Of a stretch of DNA of 64,000 bases, positions 1 through 12,160 are shown piece by piece. The notes below the pieces were generated by a model. The model saw only the letters and a list, made by a program, of their open reading frames with translations, was not told the origin of the DNA and ran no database searches. Where the stretch lies: assembly GCA_035084275.1 (NCBI GenBank), contig CM068744.1:42718001-42782000 (forward strand), written 5' to 3'. Numbering within the stretch: the stretch's first letter is position 1; the number at the start of each line of letters is the position of its first letter. The stretch comes from Hydrolagus colliei. Its lineage: Eukaryota. The position numbers and the translations under genes were made by a program.

Positions 1-679
1 GTTTTTATTTTCCCCGGTAGTCCGTGTCTAATTGGGAAGGTCGAATGTGTTCGCCGATAAAAGCAAACACGATTGTTGACTCGATGATGTAAGGAATGCG
101 AACGATAAAGTAAATTACAATCCAATTAACACAGTACAATGACGAATGCTTGATAAATGTATGCGTATAGAGAAAATGATCATAAACTACAGATTGACGG
201 TAATTAATAAGTTGTTCTGCATTGTTATCCTAAGACTAAATTTCTTTTGGACTGTAATGAACAATAATGTAAGAGTAAAGTATGAATTATGTGCTCAGAT
301 ATTCCAGCAAAGCAAATTTTACAAAAGACAAGAAAATATACAGAAACTGAAAATCAGTGTCAAACAGTTAATTCACACGTGTTACAAGCCTGTTATCAGC
401 ATTATCCTGAAAATATCGTTGAACTGTGAGCAATAGTGTAGTTAGTTTTTATTTATTTATTTAGAATCAAAATTAAAGGAAGTGACCCATCAAGCAATAC
501 TGATCTGACGAAAAAATACTTGAAAAAATAAGGGAAGGGAAATTAATTCTTTAATAGCGTTCCGTATTCGAGACGCCTCGGTCGCTTTGAAGCGAATACG
601 TCAACCGCTCTACCAATATCGATTTCCATATTATAATGAATGTGCATTAACGCGAGGGCTGAAAGTCGCTCCTATACGG

Positions 680-1078
680 AGCAGAAGGCTGGACACTTAG
701 GCAAACCTCGACCAGGGGATTAGGTGACTTGTGAGGTATATACCAGGCTTCTAAGAGACGCCCTGAACGTTTACTGGCGACAGCATCTGACAAATAGCTA
801 TATGGTACACTACCACACTGGTATCACAGACATTACTGCAGAGGCGTCTTAGGTTTAGCGGACATAGCTGGAGAAGCCGGGAGGAAACTGTCCATAGTCC
901 TACTATCCTATGGGAACCATTGCACGGTCACAGAACACGAGGTAGACCGGCCCTAACCTACATCGATACTCTGGAGCGCGATTGGGGTATTGGCAGGCGG
1001 GAGTTGTCAGGCTGCATGGAGAGAAGGGATCAGTGGAGAAGTGTGGTTGTCAATGCCCGAGTTCGCTCGATCAGATGA
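680..1078 (+). mobile_element. RTE-clade LINE, frameshifted C-terminal ORF fragment
   Basis: Manual translation across frameshifts gives YTRLLRDALNVYWRQHLTN...RRLRFSGHSWRSREE...ILWEPLHGHRTRGRPALTYIDTLERD, which resembles the post-RT region of RTE elements. Boundaries approximate. Confidence 0.6.
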
Positions 1079-2052
1079 CGGTGAAACTATTTTTATGCCA
1101 GATTCGTGCGACATTGATGTTTTTTCACTCCGGGTACAAAACTGAATGTGAAATAAAGTCGCACTGTTTATCTTTGCGGTCATATGTTTTTTGCATGTCA
1201 GTGGACGTCTCTAAAAGCAATTTTTAATTACAGGAATACATCTTTAATAATATAAATCAAATGTGATAATCAAGACAAAACAAGAAATATGATATTTCAG
1301 AAACACGCCTATCAAAACTTAAGTCATTTTTACTTACATTTATCAGATTAAAATACGATTTCAGCTTCCACAAAGTGCTGCTACCTTTTTATGTAGTGAC
1401 TGTATACGGGATGATTTCCGATTGACACACCACGTGGAATAGGCGCTAAAGCCTAGGTCTATGTCCATGCGTATTTTTTTTAAAGATAGGCATTCCCGTC
1501 CAGCATATAACTTTTTTGTTGGGTTCTCAAAAGCTTTAATTTCTCAGAAGCTTGTAAATATGTTGTCATTGTTTGCTAGCATTACAGTCACACCTCTCAA
1601 AACTTGAGTAATTTTTACTTACGGTGATCAGATGAAAAGATGATTTTAACTCCAGAATTGGTGCTGCCCCTTGTGGCTGTTTACGGGATGATTTCCAAAC
1701 GAGGATTTGAGTCTTGGCGCCTATGTTTATCCAATCACGAGTCACAGACTCGCCGCGTCATGGACTGGTCTATCGACGCGGTATGTTTTGGGGTAGACGC
1801 CGATTCTGGTGTGCGACTCGATAATTTTATATTAATACTAAATCATTCAAAGATGTGAGTTTATAATTTATATATAGTTTTGAAGAACTGATTGTTACTC
1901 AAATGCTCAATAAATTTACTTGGTATTTAAATTTGATAAAAAAATGCAATTCTCTACCCCGGAAAATGTGGACCTTTTATAATTTGGGGGGGTGCGTACG
2001 CACCCGTCGCACCCCCCCTACGTACGGCCTTGATACATCACAGCAATGCTTA

Positions 2053-2688
2053 CGTCGTCCATGCATTCATCACATCAATGTACGATTATGGAAATTCCCT
2101 CCTTGTCGGCCTTCCTCTTTCTTCCCTTCACAAGCTGTAGATCATCCAGAACTCTGCAGCTCGTGTCCGCACCAAGCTCCGCGACCACATCACTCCCACC
2201 CTCGCCCGGCTCCATTGGCTCCCCATCCCACAGAGGATCGAAATCAAGATGCTCGGCATCACCTTCAAGGCCATTCAAAGCCTTGCCGCCCCACCCCACC
2301 TCCCCAAGCTGCTGTCCCCCAATGAACCTCCCCAAGCTGCTGTCCCCCAATGAACCTCCCCGCCCCCTCCGTTCAGCAGGCTCTGGCCTGCTCTATAGCC
2401 CCCGCCCGACCCGCCCCACCATCGGCGGACAGACTTTCACCCTCTCTGCCCTCACACTCTGGAACTCCATCCTACACTCCCTTCGCCTCACTCCCTCCCT
2501 CGCCTCCTTTAAGGCCGGTCTCAAAACCCTCCTCTTCAACTGTGCCTTCTGCTGCCTCCCAACTCTCTCCCTCCCCATCTAACTCTTTCCCGCTCCTCCC
2601 CTCTGCCCTGCCCCTCTCCCTTGCTCGGGTCCCGTCCTGTGTCCTTCTGATGTGAAAGGCACTCTATAAATGTAATTTTGTTGTTTTT
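2053..2688 (+). mobile_element. L2 LINE 3' fragment
   Basis: Complementary-strand ORFs resemble the L2 C-terminus (IGGQTFTLSALTLWNSI...SFKAGLKT). The fragment ends in the recurrent tail 'tctataaatgtaattttgttgttttt'. It interrupts a sequence that is contiguous at 6675-6690. Confidence 0.75.
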
Positions 2689-3350
2689 ACATATCGATGC
2701 ATATTTCACAATGATTGAAGTTGACCAAACCAAATGCTGTGGGTGAGATATAATAGCAAGGTCCAATTTAATCTCCATATGAATCCAAATTACTATGGAG
2801 AGTTAATAAAATATATCGAAGTATTGTTAATAATAATATCCAAGTATTAGCCACGTATTTGTGTACGGTTTCCAGTTCAACATCTGAAAGTATCCAGGTA
2901 TTATTATGCCATTCCCAGTTTGATCCAAGTACCCCTGTACATCTAGAGTTGTTGCACTTATAGTCTCGATCTTTCCTTTGTTCTGAAGCCGAAACATGGA
3001 TTCGCGACTCCAAGTTGCAGTTTATCCTTTCTGCAACTTCTTTGTTGAATCGATCTCTCCTTATCGAGTTCATTAGGTGGCTTTTCACCAATTGTTCTTT
3101 GCAAGGTGGTTCCTGCGCAAAAACAAATGCAACACAGCTCCCTCTCCAGCTGCAGACCATTTCTCCTTGAGAAAATTATTGATAAAGATTGAAAACACTT
3201 TGTTTTTTATGAACTGCCTTTTGTTTCTTCTGCAAAGTAAGTCACAACCATGTCCTATCATGTAATTAATTACGTATGTCTCAAATATATGCATATCACT
3301 AATCTAATTTTAGATATTATTTAACACATTAATTACAGAATCCTACAGAC
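2689..3350. repeat. Unidentified AT-rich interspersed repeat, copy 1
   Basis: Colinear similarity to 6670-7280 and, inverted and partial, to 48630-48860. Confidence 0.7.
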
Positions 3351-5099
3351 AAACATAAACCCACTTTCGAACTGTAATTAATGTAAAATTTATACATTTC
3401 TCCTCCATGTCGTCCACCGCATTCGATCTCCAACTTATTTAAAACTTTTCATGATTTTTATTTATTCATAAGAAACATTTTACAACAGTTTTACATGCAG
3501 TCAGTTCAGTTTGTGTTTTTACACTAATTTTAAATTTAAAAAACTGATTCCAAGTGCTACATTAAAAAAATGTAAATGTGCCTGTCTGCTGTTTGTATTC
3601 TATTAATTTTCAAAAATAAGTCTCTGGTTTTACTTTGGATCTAGTCACCATTTAAAAAAATATTTTATCAGTGTTCATTTGGTGTTTGATCGTCTGGTAT
3701 TCTTGGACTTTCAATCATCTGTTGTAGCATACCATGTTAAATATATAAAACAATTGCATTAAATACAGTAAATATAAAAGAGCATTGAAATCAATTTTGT
3801 CCAGTAGCTGCAGCTGTACTTTGCTGCTAAAACAGCTGCAGTCACATCTCTGCTCATCCCAAGCAGTCAGTGACCTTGAGCATGATATCTTTGATAAAGG
3901 CAAACAGCCATGTCTCTCCCCACTTCGAGCACTTTGGTTTACAATGGCGTCAGTTTCACATTTTTGGAGGGAAAGAAGCAAGTTTTAATAACTCTTTACT
4001 TTATCAACATATGAGTTGATACAAACCAAACCATTAGGAATATTCATGGCTTGCCGTGTCGATGTCCAAGCGCTGGAACTGATGTATCAATTGGAACCCT
4101 AGAAAATCTGTGTAAAATCAGAGATTGTTAAAAGTCAGGGGTACGGGGAGGAAAGAGAAAGGTGAAGGAGGGTGGGGACACCCATGACAGTTGCTGTACA
4201 TAATATAAGCATTTCAGCATAAAATTAGTAATTTTTCCAAAGAACATTTGAATTTTTTTTCTTAAATGCCTGACTGTTCTATTATTTATTAGTTTCACAT
4301 TTAATCTCTTTCTCGTGCTACTTATTGTTACCACATTCTACTGATTCTCTCAACTTTTGTTAATCTCTTTATTTGAGAGAACAACATTTTGACCTTTTCT
4401 GACTTCTCACAAGCATCGATCAGATTTAACTGCTTGAGTGCCTTAAGGTTAGCTAATAAATCAACACCCTGTTTTGTCTGGAGGCATATCAGCGGAACAT
4501 TAGTACCTGCTGATTGCTCAATCAGTTGTCTCCTTGCTTTTAACTCCTTCTGCAACCATTCAAATTCAGAAATAATCATTTGTCCCAACTTTTCTTCCAA
4601 ATTGGACTCTTTAGTATCCTTCTTAGTTTTATCATTTTAACAATCCTTTGGTGTTGAAGGTTTTGTGATTGGATTTGAGTTTTTACCTTTGCCCCTTCTT
4701 TTACCTGTAGAATTAACCTGTCCTATTATTATGATGTTCTTATGTCCTGTATGTCTTTTAAACCTTGCAGTTAACCATTGTTGTTCTGCACCTTTTCAGA
4801 CTGATCCTCTATCAAGGCTGCTACTGTATGTTCCTTTAATTTTTTTGTTGCCTCTCCCAGTCTAGCTTTCCATTGTATGGGTAATGTGATCTTTTGAACA
4901 TTCATCACAGTCTCCAATCTCTCCTTTTGTTGGAGGGTTAGCATCATAATTAGTTTATCTGTATCAAATTTGAATTAGTTTATCCAATTTTCAATCAATG
5001 GAAGAGGGATTAGATGCACTATACGATGGTGGATCACGTCGACCAGATTCTGGTTGTGTTTCTTGTTGGCACACTCCTGTACTTTAAAGCCCTCCAAGC

Positions 5100-5900
5100 C
5101 CTCACACCATTCGACATCCGTGACCTCCTATTCCCTTAACAACCTGCCTGCCCACTCCGCTCAGCAGGCTCTGGCGTGCTCCACCCCCCCCGACCCATCC
5201 ACCCAACAATTGGCAGGCGAGCCTTCAGCCACTCTGCCCCCAACCTCTGGAACTCCATCCCGCAGTCCCTCCGCTTCGCCCCCTCCCTGGCCTCGTTCAA
5301 GTCTCGCCTAAAGACTCTCCTCTTCAATGGACCCATCGGCAACTCATTATCACCCCCTGTCCTCAGCTCGGATCTGAAGCAATCACTGTCCAGCTCCTTC
5401 GGACATCCTCCTGACTTGAAAGGCACTAACCAAATGTAATTTTATTATTGTACGCAACCTAGGCGCCAGGTTCGACCCCTAATTATCCTTCCTCCCTCAC
5501 ATCCAGTCCCTCACCAGCACCGTTTTCTCCACCAATATCTCACCCCAAAAGCCACCAACCATGCTGTTGTCACCTCTTGGCTGGACTATTCAAATGCCCT
5601 CCTCGCCGATATCCCCTCCACTACCATTCAAAAAATCCAGGTTAACTAAAATTCTGCTGCCCGCATTCTGAACCGAACTCTGCTCCTGGTTAACCCAGTT
5701 TTTGATAGATTGCATTGGCTCTCTGTCCCGGAGAGGATTGATTTCAAGGTTCTCACTCTTGTTTTCGAAACCCTCCACTCCTCTGCAACCCTCTACCTTT
5801 CTGACCTCTCTCCTCACTCCTCATAACAGTACACGTTGCCTTTGCTCCACCGAGTCTGGCCTCCTCCTTGTCCCCCGAATCCTCCACTCCACCATCATCT
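5100..5900 (+). mobile_element. L2 LINE fragments
   Basis: IGRRAFSHSAPNLWNS motif and L2 tail at ~5420-5450, followed by a second L2 RT-downstream fragment. Boundaries approximate. Confidence 0.65.
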
Positions 5901-5964
5901 AAATGCTCCTATTGCTCTTTTTTAATCATATACTTAAGATCACAAATGGTATATTGGCATAATT

Positions 5965-6320
5965 GAATCTCTGTCTCCTTCTCACGCAGGATATCCCAAA
6001 GTTTCAATTCCTTAACTTTGACTTCTGCCTCTTTCTCCAAGGCATTCTGAAGTTTAAATTAAAATTCTTCCTCTCTGACTTCTGCTTCTCAGACAAAGGC
6101 AGTGTGAAGTTATTTCACTTCTGCCTCTCTGACCAAGGCATTCTGAAGTTCAATTTTAAATTCTCTCTCCCTGACTTCTGCCTCTCTGATCAAGGCAGTT
6201 TGAAATCCTCTTATTTCTGCTTCTCTGGCTAAGGCATACTGCAGTTCAAGTTTAAATTCTCTCTCTCTCTGACTTCTGTCTCTCTGGCCAAGGCATTCTC
6301 TCTGACTTCTGCCTCTAACC
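5965..6320. repeat. Degenerate minisatellite (tctctgacttctgcctctct...aaggcattctgaagtt units)
   Basis: About 6-7 imperfect units visible directly. Confidence 0.7.
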
Positions 6321-6669
6321 GCTTTCTCCTTCCTATTCTAAATGTAGAGTTAAGAAGGAGTAAAAGGATGGAGCCCAGGAAATCCCCGAGGATGGTTAGG
6401 CACATAATTAACTCCAACCCGCTAACACAACTATTAATCTTCAACACGCTAAACATATCATTTCAAATTCACACCAATACTTAATTTCTAACCAATATTA
6501 AACATTTTTATTTATCGCACTTCAACATAACAGGGTCAATTGTAAGGATTGATTTAAATTTGTGAACCTGCAGTGAAGTAAGGACTGACACAAATGTTGT
6601 ACAATTGACATGTATGTTTATTAATTCAGGTTAGTAATAGATATAAGTGCAGTAATTAAAAGTATTCAT

Positions 6670-7280
6670 CGCAACAATGCTTACATATCGATGCATAGCT
6701 CACAATCATTTAAATTGACAAAACCAACTGCTGTGGGTGAGATAGAGTAGCAAGGTCCAATTTAATCTCCATATTAATCCAAATATAAATCCATCAAAAG
6801 GTATCCATCCACGTACTGTTGTATGGTTTCCAGTTCGACATCCGAAAGTATCCAGGTATTATTATACTGTTCCCAGTTCGATATCCAAGTACCATTGTAC
6901 GTCTAGAGTTGCTCCACTCATCGTTTTGATCTTTTTTTCCAAAGCTGGAACATGGATTCGCAACTCCAAGTTCCAATTTCTCCTTCCTGCAACTTCTTTG
7001 TTGAATCGATCTCTCGTTATCCAGTTCATTAGGTGACCTCTCATCCTTTGCAAGATGGTTCCTGTGCAAAAGCAAATGCAACACAACTCCCTCTCCAGCT
7101 GCAGACTATTTCTCCATTAGAAAATTACTGGCAAGGACTGAAAACACTTTGTTGTTTATACACAATTTTTTGTTTCTTCTGCAAATCGAGTCACAACCAG
7201 CGATTGATTACATATGTCTCAAATATATGTATATTGCTAATATAATTTGAGATATTATTTAACACATTAGTTAAAATCCT
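6670..7280. repeat. Unidentified AT-rich interspersed repeat, copy 2
   Basis: Colinear similarity to 2689-3350. Confidence 0.7.
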
Positions 7281-7959
7281 ACCCCACTGTGTTGGAGTAC
7301 TCCCCAAATGCCTCCATCAAATACTTCTAGAAGCCTCTCTGATCCATCAAATTAGTGACCTCGTCAAAATATTCAATTAGTCAGACATGACCTTCCGTTC
7401 ACACATTCATGCTGTCTCTCTTTGATTAGTTCAGACTTGTTCAATCACTCTGTCCCTGATGAGAGATTCCAGTAACATCTCCACAACTGAAGTTAAACTG
7501 ACATCTGTAGTTTCCTGGTTTCTCCCTTTTCTTAAATAATGGAGTGACCTTCAAAATCCCCCATGGCCTCGCTCCTACCTAGTTCTGTGATCTCCTAATC
7601 CTCTACCAACCTGCCCGCTCCCTCTGCTCAGCGCTCTCTGGCCTGCATCATGTCTTTCGCCTCACCTATTCCAACATTAGCGGCTGGGCGCTCAGCCACT
7701 CTGTCCCCACCCTCCAACCCACAGACCCTCTGCCTCGTCCCCTTCTTCACCTCCTTCAGCACCCACCTCAAGTCCCTACTCTTTGACAGCCTCTTCCCCC
7801 ATTGCCTGCACCCTCCCTCAATCCCTACTCCAAGATCAGATCCGGAATACTGACTCCCCAAGACCTTGGGATGTCCTCCCAATGTGTAAAGCACTATAAA
7901 TATAATTTAGTTTTTGATGTTGTTGCACGACAAGTGCTCTAATCACACAGGAATCTGTG

Positions 7960-8304
7960 GTTCAGTGGTCAGAGCACAGGAGGATGGATGGAAGGATAGT
8001 GAGAGTTGTGATGGGAGGACAGTGTCTGGGTGTCTGAACTAAACCAGTGCTGATATCTCTTGTATTTTGTATCTAAATGATGAGCTAAATAATAATACTT
8101 GTCACATCTGAAAGAGCTTCACATGAAATACTGTGTAATACTGTCAGTGTCGCTGTGTGACAGAGCTGTGACTGTTTCTCCCCTTTTCTGTCTCTTCCTC
8201 TTTCTATGAGTAAACAGGATCTTGTTCAACAGGCAGCAGGAAATTGCCTGAGCTCCATCACAGATTCTCCACATCATTTCACATCTAACCTGAGCATCGC
8301 TGAG
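7960..8304 (+). promoter_or_regulatory. Putative promoter/5'UTR of gene A
   Basis: The block is conserved upstream of all three leaders (cf. 48180-48330 inverted, 54170-54370). It includes 'ctcttcctcttt' (reverse complement AAAGAGGAAG, PU.1/ETS-like) about 110 bp upstream of the ATG. Confidence 0.5.
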
Positions 8305-8353
8305 ATGAGAAAAAGTGTCTTAACTGTGAGCCTGCTCGTCTGGGTGACTGCAG
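8305..8353 (+). CDS. Gene A exon 1: signal peptide MRKSVLTVSLLVWVTA(G)
   Basis: ATG, hydrophobic leader and phase-1 donor G|gtcagt. Paralogous leaders lie at 44118-44166 and 60080. Confidence 0.85.
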
Positions 8354-8359
8354 GTCAGT

Positions 8360-9000
8360 GGGTGAGGGAGGGAGGGGTGGAAGAAGGGAGGGATGGAAGG
8401 ATGGGATGGAACGAGTGAGTGGGTGGGCGAGTGAGTGAGTGAGGGAGGGAGGGTAGAGAGGGAAGGGTAAGTGAGTGAGTGAGGGAGGGAGGGTAGAGAG
8501 GGAAGGGTGAGTGAGGGAGGGGGCAAGCGAGTGAGGGGGCAAGCAAGTGAGGGGGCAAGCGAGGGAGGGGGCAAGCGAGTGAGTGAGGAAGAGACGGAGT
8601 GAGGGAGCAAGTGAGGGTGTAAGTGCGAGAGGGAGGGAGAGAGGGTTAGTGGGATGGAGGCAGTGAGGGAGGGTTGGTAGTGTTAGAGAGTGTGTCTCAG
8701 TGAGGGAGTGAGGGATGAGGTGATGCAACAAGGGAGGGAGTGAGTGAGTGAGTGAGTGAGGGAGGGAGGGAGGGAGGGAAGGAAGGAGTGAGTGAAGTAG
8801 CAAGGTAGGGAACGTGGGATGGAATGGACCAGCGAGTGAGTGAATGAGAGAGGCAGCAAGTTAGGGAGTAGTGTGGAAGGGAGGGAAGGATAGTGGGAGG
8901 GAGGTAGGGACGGGAGAGGAAACGAGACAGGGAGTGAATGAATGAGGAAGGAACATGGGTGGGAGTGAGGAAGGAGGTAAGGAGGTTGGGAGGGTGCAAT
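8360..9000. repeat. GA-rich low-complexity tract in gene A intron 1
   Basis: (gagt/gagg/gga)n repeats. The homologous tract is at 43210-43848 on the opposite strand. Confidence 0.85.
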
Positions 9001-10344
9001 ATCTGTTGATGTCTATAATGGCTTCACATGTGGCAATGTATGAGCTGTTCCCAGTGTCAGAGTTGGGAGAGAGGACGGAAGGTAAGGTTGGAGTCAGTGT
9101 GATCTGAAGACAGGCTGGTCTGATGGGGTACAGAGTTTAGTGTGGGTAAGGATACAGTCGTGAAGGGTTGGTGCTGGGGAGAGGGACGAGGAAGGCATTG
9201 GAAATATGGAGTTGGCAAGTGAGGAATGGGTGGATAAGGGATTCATTGCATTGGGTATGAGATGTGGGGGAGGCAGGAGATATGATTGGATCAGAATCCC
9301 GTGGTTTCAAACCCCTTGTTGGACCTTGAGCTCTTGTCTCAGTTGACATTCCAGTGTAGGGGTGGGGGAGGGCTATCTTGTCAAGAGTTGCCGTCCTTGG
9401 AACATAGGAGCAGGAGGAGGCCATTCAGCTCCTCCAGCATGTCCCACCATTCCATTAGATCATGGCTTATCTGTACCTCAACTCCAATTACCCACCTTTG
9501 CCCCAATTCTCTCTCTCAATCACCCCCTTTCTCTTGCACAGTCTCTCTCCCTCTCCAGCAAACACACTCCCTCCTTTCACATTATATCCCTTCCCCATTC
9601 CCTCTTCCCCTTGTTGAATCAACCTATCTCTGTTGGTCTATCCCTCTCTCACAGTTACATGTGACAGAGACTGTGTCAGGACAGCAGCTGAGGTTCCTCT
9701 TGCAAACAGTGAATAGGTACAGAATAATGTCGGCCATTGCTGTGTGCAATTGGCTGCCATGTTTCGCCCACATATACACAGTTAAATCACATTACAGTAT
9801 ATTCTGTGAAGCACTTTGAGACATTGATAAGATGTGAAAAGCGCTATATGCAAGGATTATTATCTTCCACTGTCTCATTCACTCTCTCCCTCTTTCTCAA
9901 TCACTCTCTCTTCCAATCACTACATCTTCCAATCCTTCTCACCCTCTCTATCAATCACTTTCTCCCTCTCTCAATCAGTCTCTCCCTCACTCAAACACAC
10001 TCCCTCAATCTGTGAATCACTCCATCAATAACTACCTCCCACTATCTCAATCACTCTCTCTGAATCACTCTCTCTCCCTGTCTCTCAATTCCACTCCCCC
10101 AATAACTCTCCCTGTTAACCAATCACACTCTCTCTATCTCCCAATCATTCTCTCTCCCTCTCTTTCAGTCCCTCATTCTGCCTTTCTCAAGATCCACTCA
10201 TCCATCATGTCTTCCCAACATGAAAGGCGCTCTATAAATGTAGTTTTGTTTCTCTCAATCACACACCCACCCTCTCAATCACTCTTTCCCTGACTCTATC
10301 ACTCTCCCTCTCTCTCTTCTTTCAATCAGCCACATGGGTCACTA

Positions 10345-10615
10345 TGTGCAGTGACAGGAGCTGGTGGTTGGTAAGGAAGCAGTGGATAAGGAGACCAGTT
10401 TACCCCACCACCCCTGGCTCAGGTACACGCTGCAGTAATGGCTGACGTTATTCCACTTTCCACACGGCGTCCTCCCAACTCCTGGCTCCTGCAACTGCCC
10501 TGGGAGGATGTCACCAGGAGGGAGGGAGCGGGCAGCCTAAAGGTCTCAAGCCAGATACCATCACCTGTTGGGCCGGATGTGGCCCGCGGGCCGCTTGTTG
10601 GACCAGTGTCCATTG
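10345..10615 (-). mobile_element. hAT-like non-autonomous DNA transposon remnant
   Basis: Ends in 'gggccggatgtggcccgcgggccgcttgttggaccagtg', typical of hAT MITE termini. The paralogous copy is at ~41805-42055. Confidence 0.45.
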
Positions 10616-10761
10616 TATCCTATGAACAACCTATAACATATACAGCCCTGATTAACACCATCTTTGTAGCTTTGATCAGAGACAAGGTGTTCAATCTGCT
10701 GCCCTGTGTGTGTGTCTCACTCCTCACCCTGTGACAGTCTGTACCTATTCACTGTTTACAG

Positions 10762-11103
10762 GGGGAACCCCAGCTGCTGTCCTGACACAGACTCCGCCAC
10801 ATGTAATTGTGAGAGAGGGTCAGACCGTCCACTCACTGTGTGTCTTGGGCGGCGCTGAGATGAAGCCAGTGCATCTCCACTGGTACCAGCAGCTACCTGG
10901 GGACAGCAGGAAACATATAATCACCCATTATGAGAATCACTTTGGGAGACAGAATGTTGGGAACCGTTTTGAGTCAAAGAAACACATCAACAACAACAGC
11001 TGTTCTCTGACCATCACTGATGTGAGACTCACAGACTCCGCTGTCTATACCTGTGGTGTGCATGGTACTGTCTACGGAGCTGGGACTGTGATTAATGTGA
11101 CCA
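10762..11103 (+). CDS. Gene A exon 2: V-set Ig domain V1 with in-exon J-like strand
   Basis: tttacag| acceptor; VLTQ, C(B), WYQQ, DSAVYTC, YGAGTVINVT; donor A|gtaagt; 342 nt, phase 1-1. Confidence 0.92.
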
Positions 11104-11129
11104 GTAAGTAACCCATCAACATCATCACA

Positions 11130-11490
11130 TCAACAGAGAGTCACACAGGGAGACGGAGAGAAAGACACAAACAGGGAGAGAGAGACATACAGTGAGAGAG
11201 TGAGTCACACGGGGAGAGAGTCACACAGGGAGAGAGAGACACACACAGGGAGAGAGAGACGCACACAGGGAGAGAGAGACGCACACAGAGGGAGAGAGAG
11301 AGTCACACAGGGAGACGGAGAGAGAGAGACACAGAGAGAAAGAGAGTCACAAATAGAGAGAGTCACACATTGAGAGAGAGAGAGAGAGTCATACAGGGAC
11401 AGATAGTGAGAGTTACACAGGGAGAGTGAGAGCTACACAGGGAGAGACAGAGAGAGAGAGAGTCACACAGGCAGAGAGAGTGAGTCACAC
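11130..11490. repeat. (gagagagtcacacagg)n minisatellite in the V1-V2 intron
   Basis: Directly visible. The equivalent tract in gene B is at ~40960-41285. Confidence 0.85.
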
Positions 11491-11580
11491 AGGGTGTGTG
11501 GGGTGGGGGGCTGTAGGAGAGAAGGTTTGTTGGTCAATATTCAGGCTGAACTGTAACTGAAGGAAATGTTTCCCTTAAAG

Positions 11581-11925
11581 GTGAGGCTGTTCCTCTCCTG
11601 GTTCAGTCCCCGAGCCTGGAACGTGTCACAGAGGGACGCCCGGCCCGGTTACAGTGCTCCATGGAGAAGGCCAATGTGATCAGCACCGATGTACACTGGT
11701 ACCGACAACTCCCAGGACAGCAGAGAGAGTGGATTTTAACACATGATACAAATGACAGGATAACAGGCTCCGAAGGTTCCACTCAGCGTCTCCAGCCGTC
11801 CAGAGTCACCTCCAATAACACCTACATTCTGATCCTCCCAACCGTGACGCTCAGTGATGCTGCCGTCTATCACTGCTGTGTGTGGGGAGATGTCTGTGGG
11901 GACGGGACCGGGCTGAACATAACCA
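11581..11925 (+). CDS. Gene A exon 3: V-set Ig domain V2
   Basis: ttaaag| acceptor; LVQSP, LQC, WYRQ, DAAVYHC, CGDGTGLNIT; donor A|gtcagt; 345 nt, phase 1-1. Confidence 0.92.
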
Positions 11926-12160
11926 GTCAGTACATGTTATATTCTCTCAGTGTCCTGGCCAATAATCCCCAGATAAAATCACTCTGTGACCTGCTAACTC
12001 CATATAGATCTGTCCGCTCCCTCCACTCAGTGGGCTCCGGCCTGCTCCTTGTCCCCCGCCCACCCCACCCCAGCATTGGGGCTCAGGCTTTTAGCCCCTC
12101 TTTCCCCATTCTCTGGATCCCTAGTGCCTGTGTTAACCTTTGACTGTTTGCCATTAACAG

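Noticed and set aside
8285-8999. Pro/Ser/Leu/His-rich ORFs (also 42268-44358, 29432-30343)
   Set aside because: Artefacts of GA/CT and CA low-complexity tracts.
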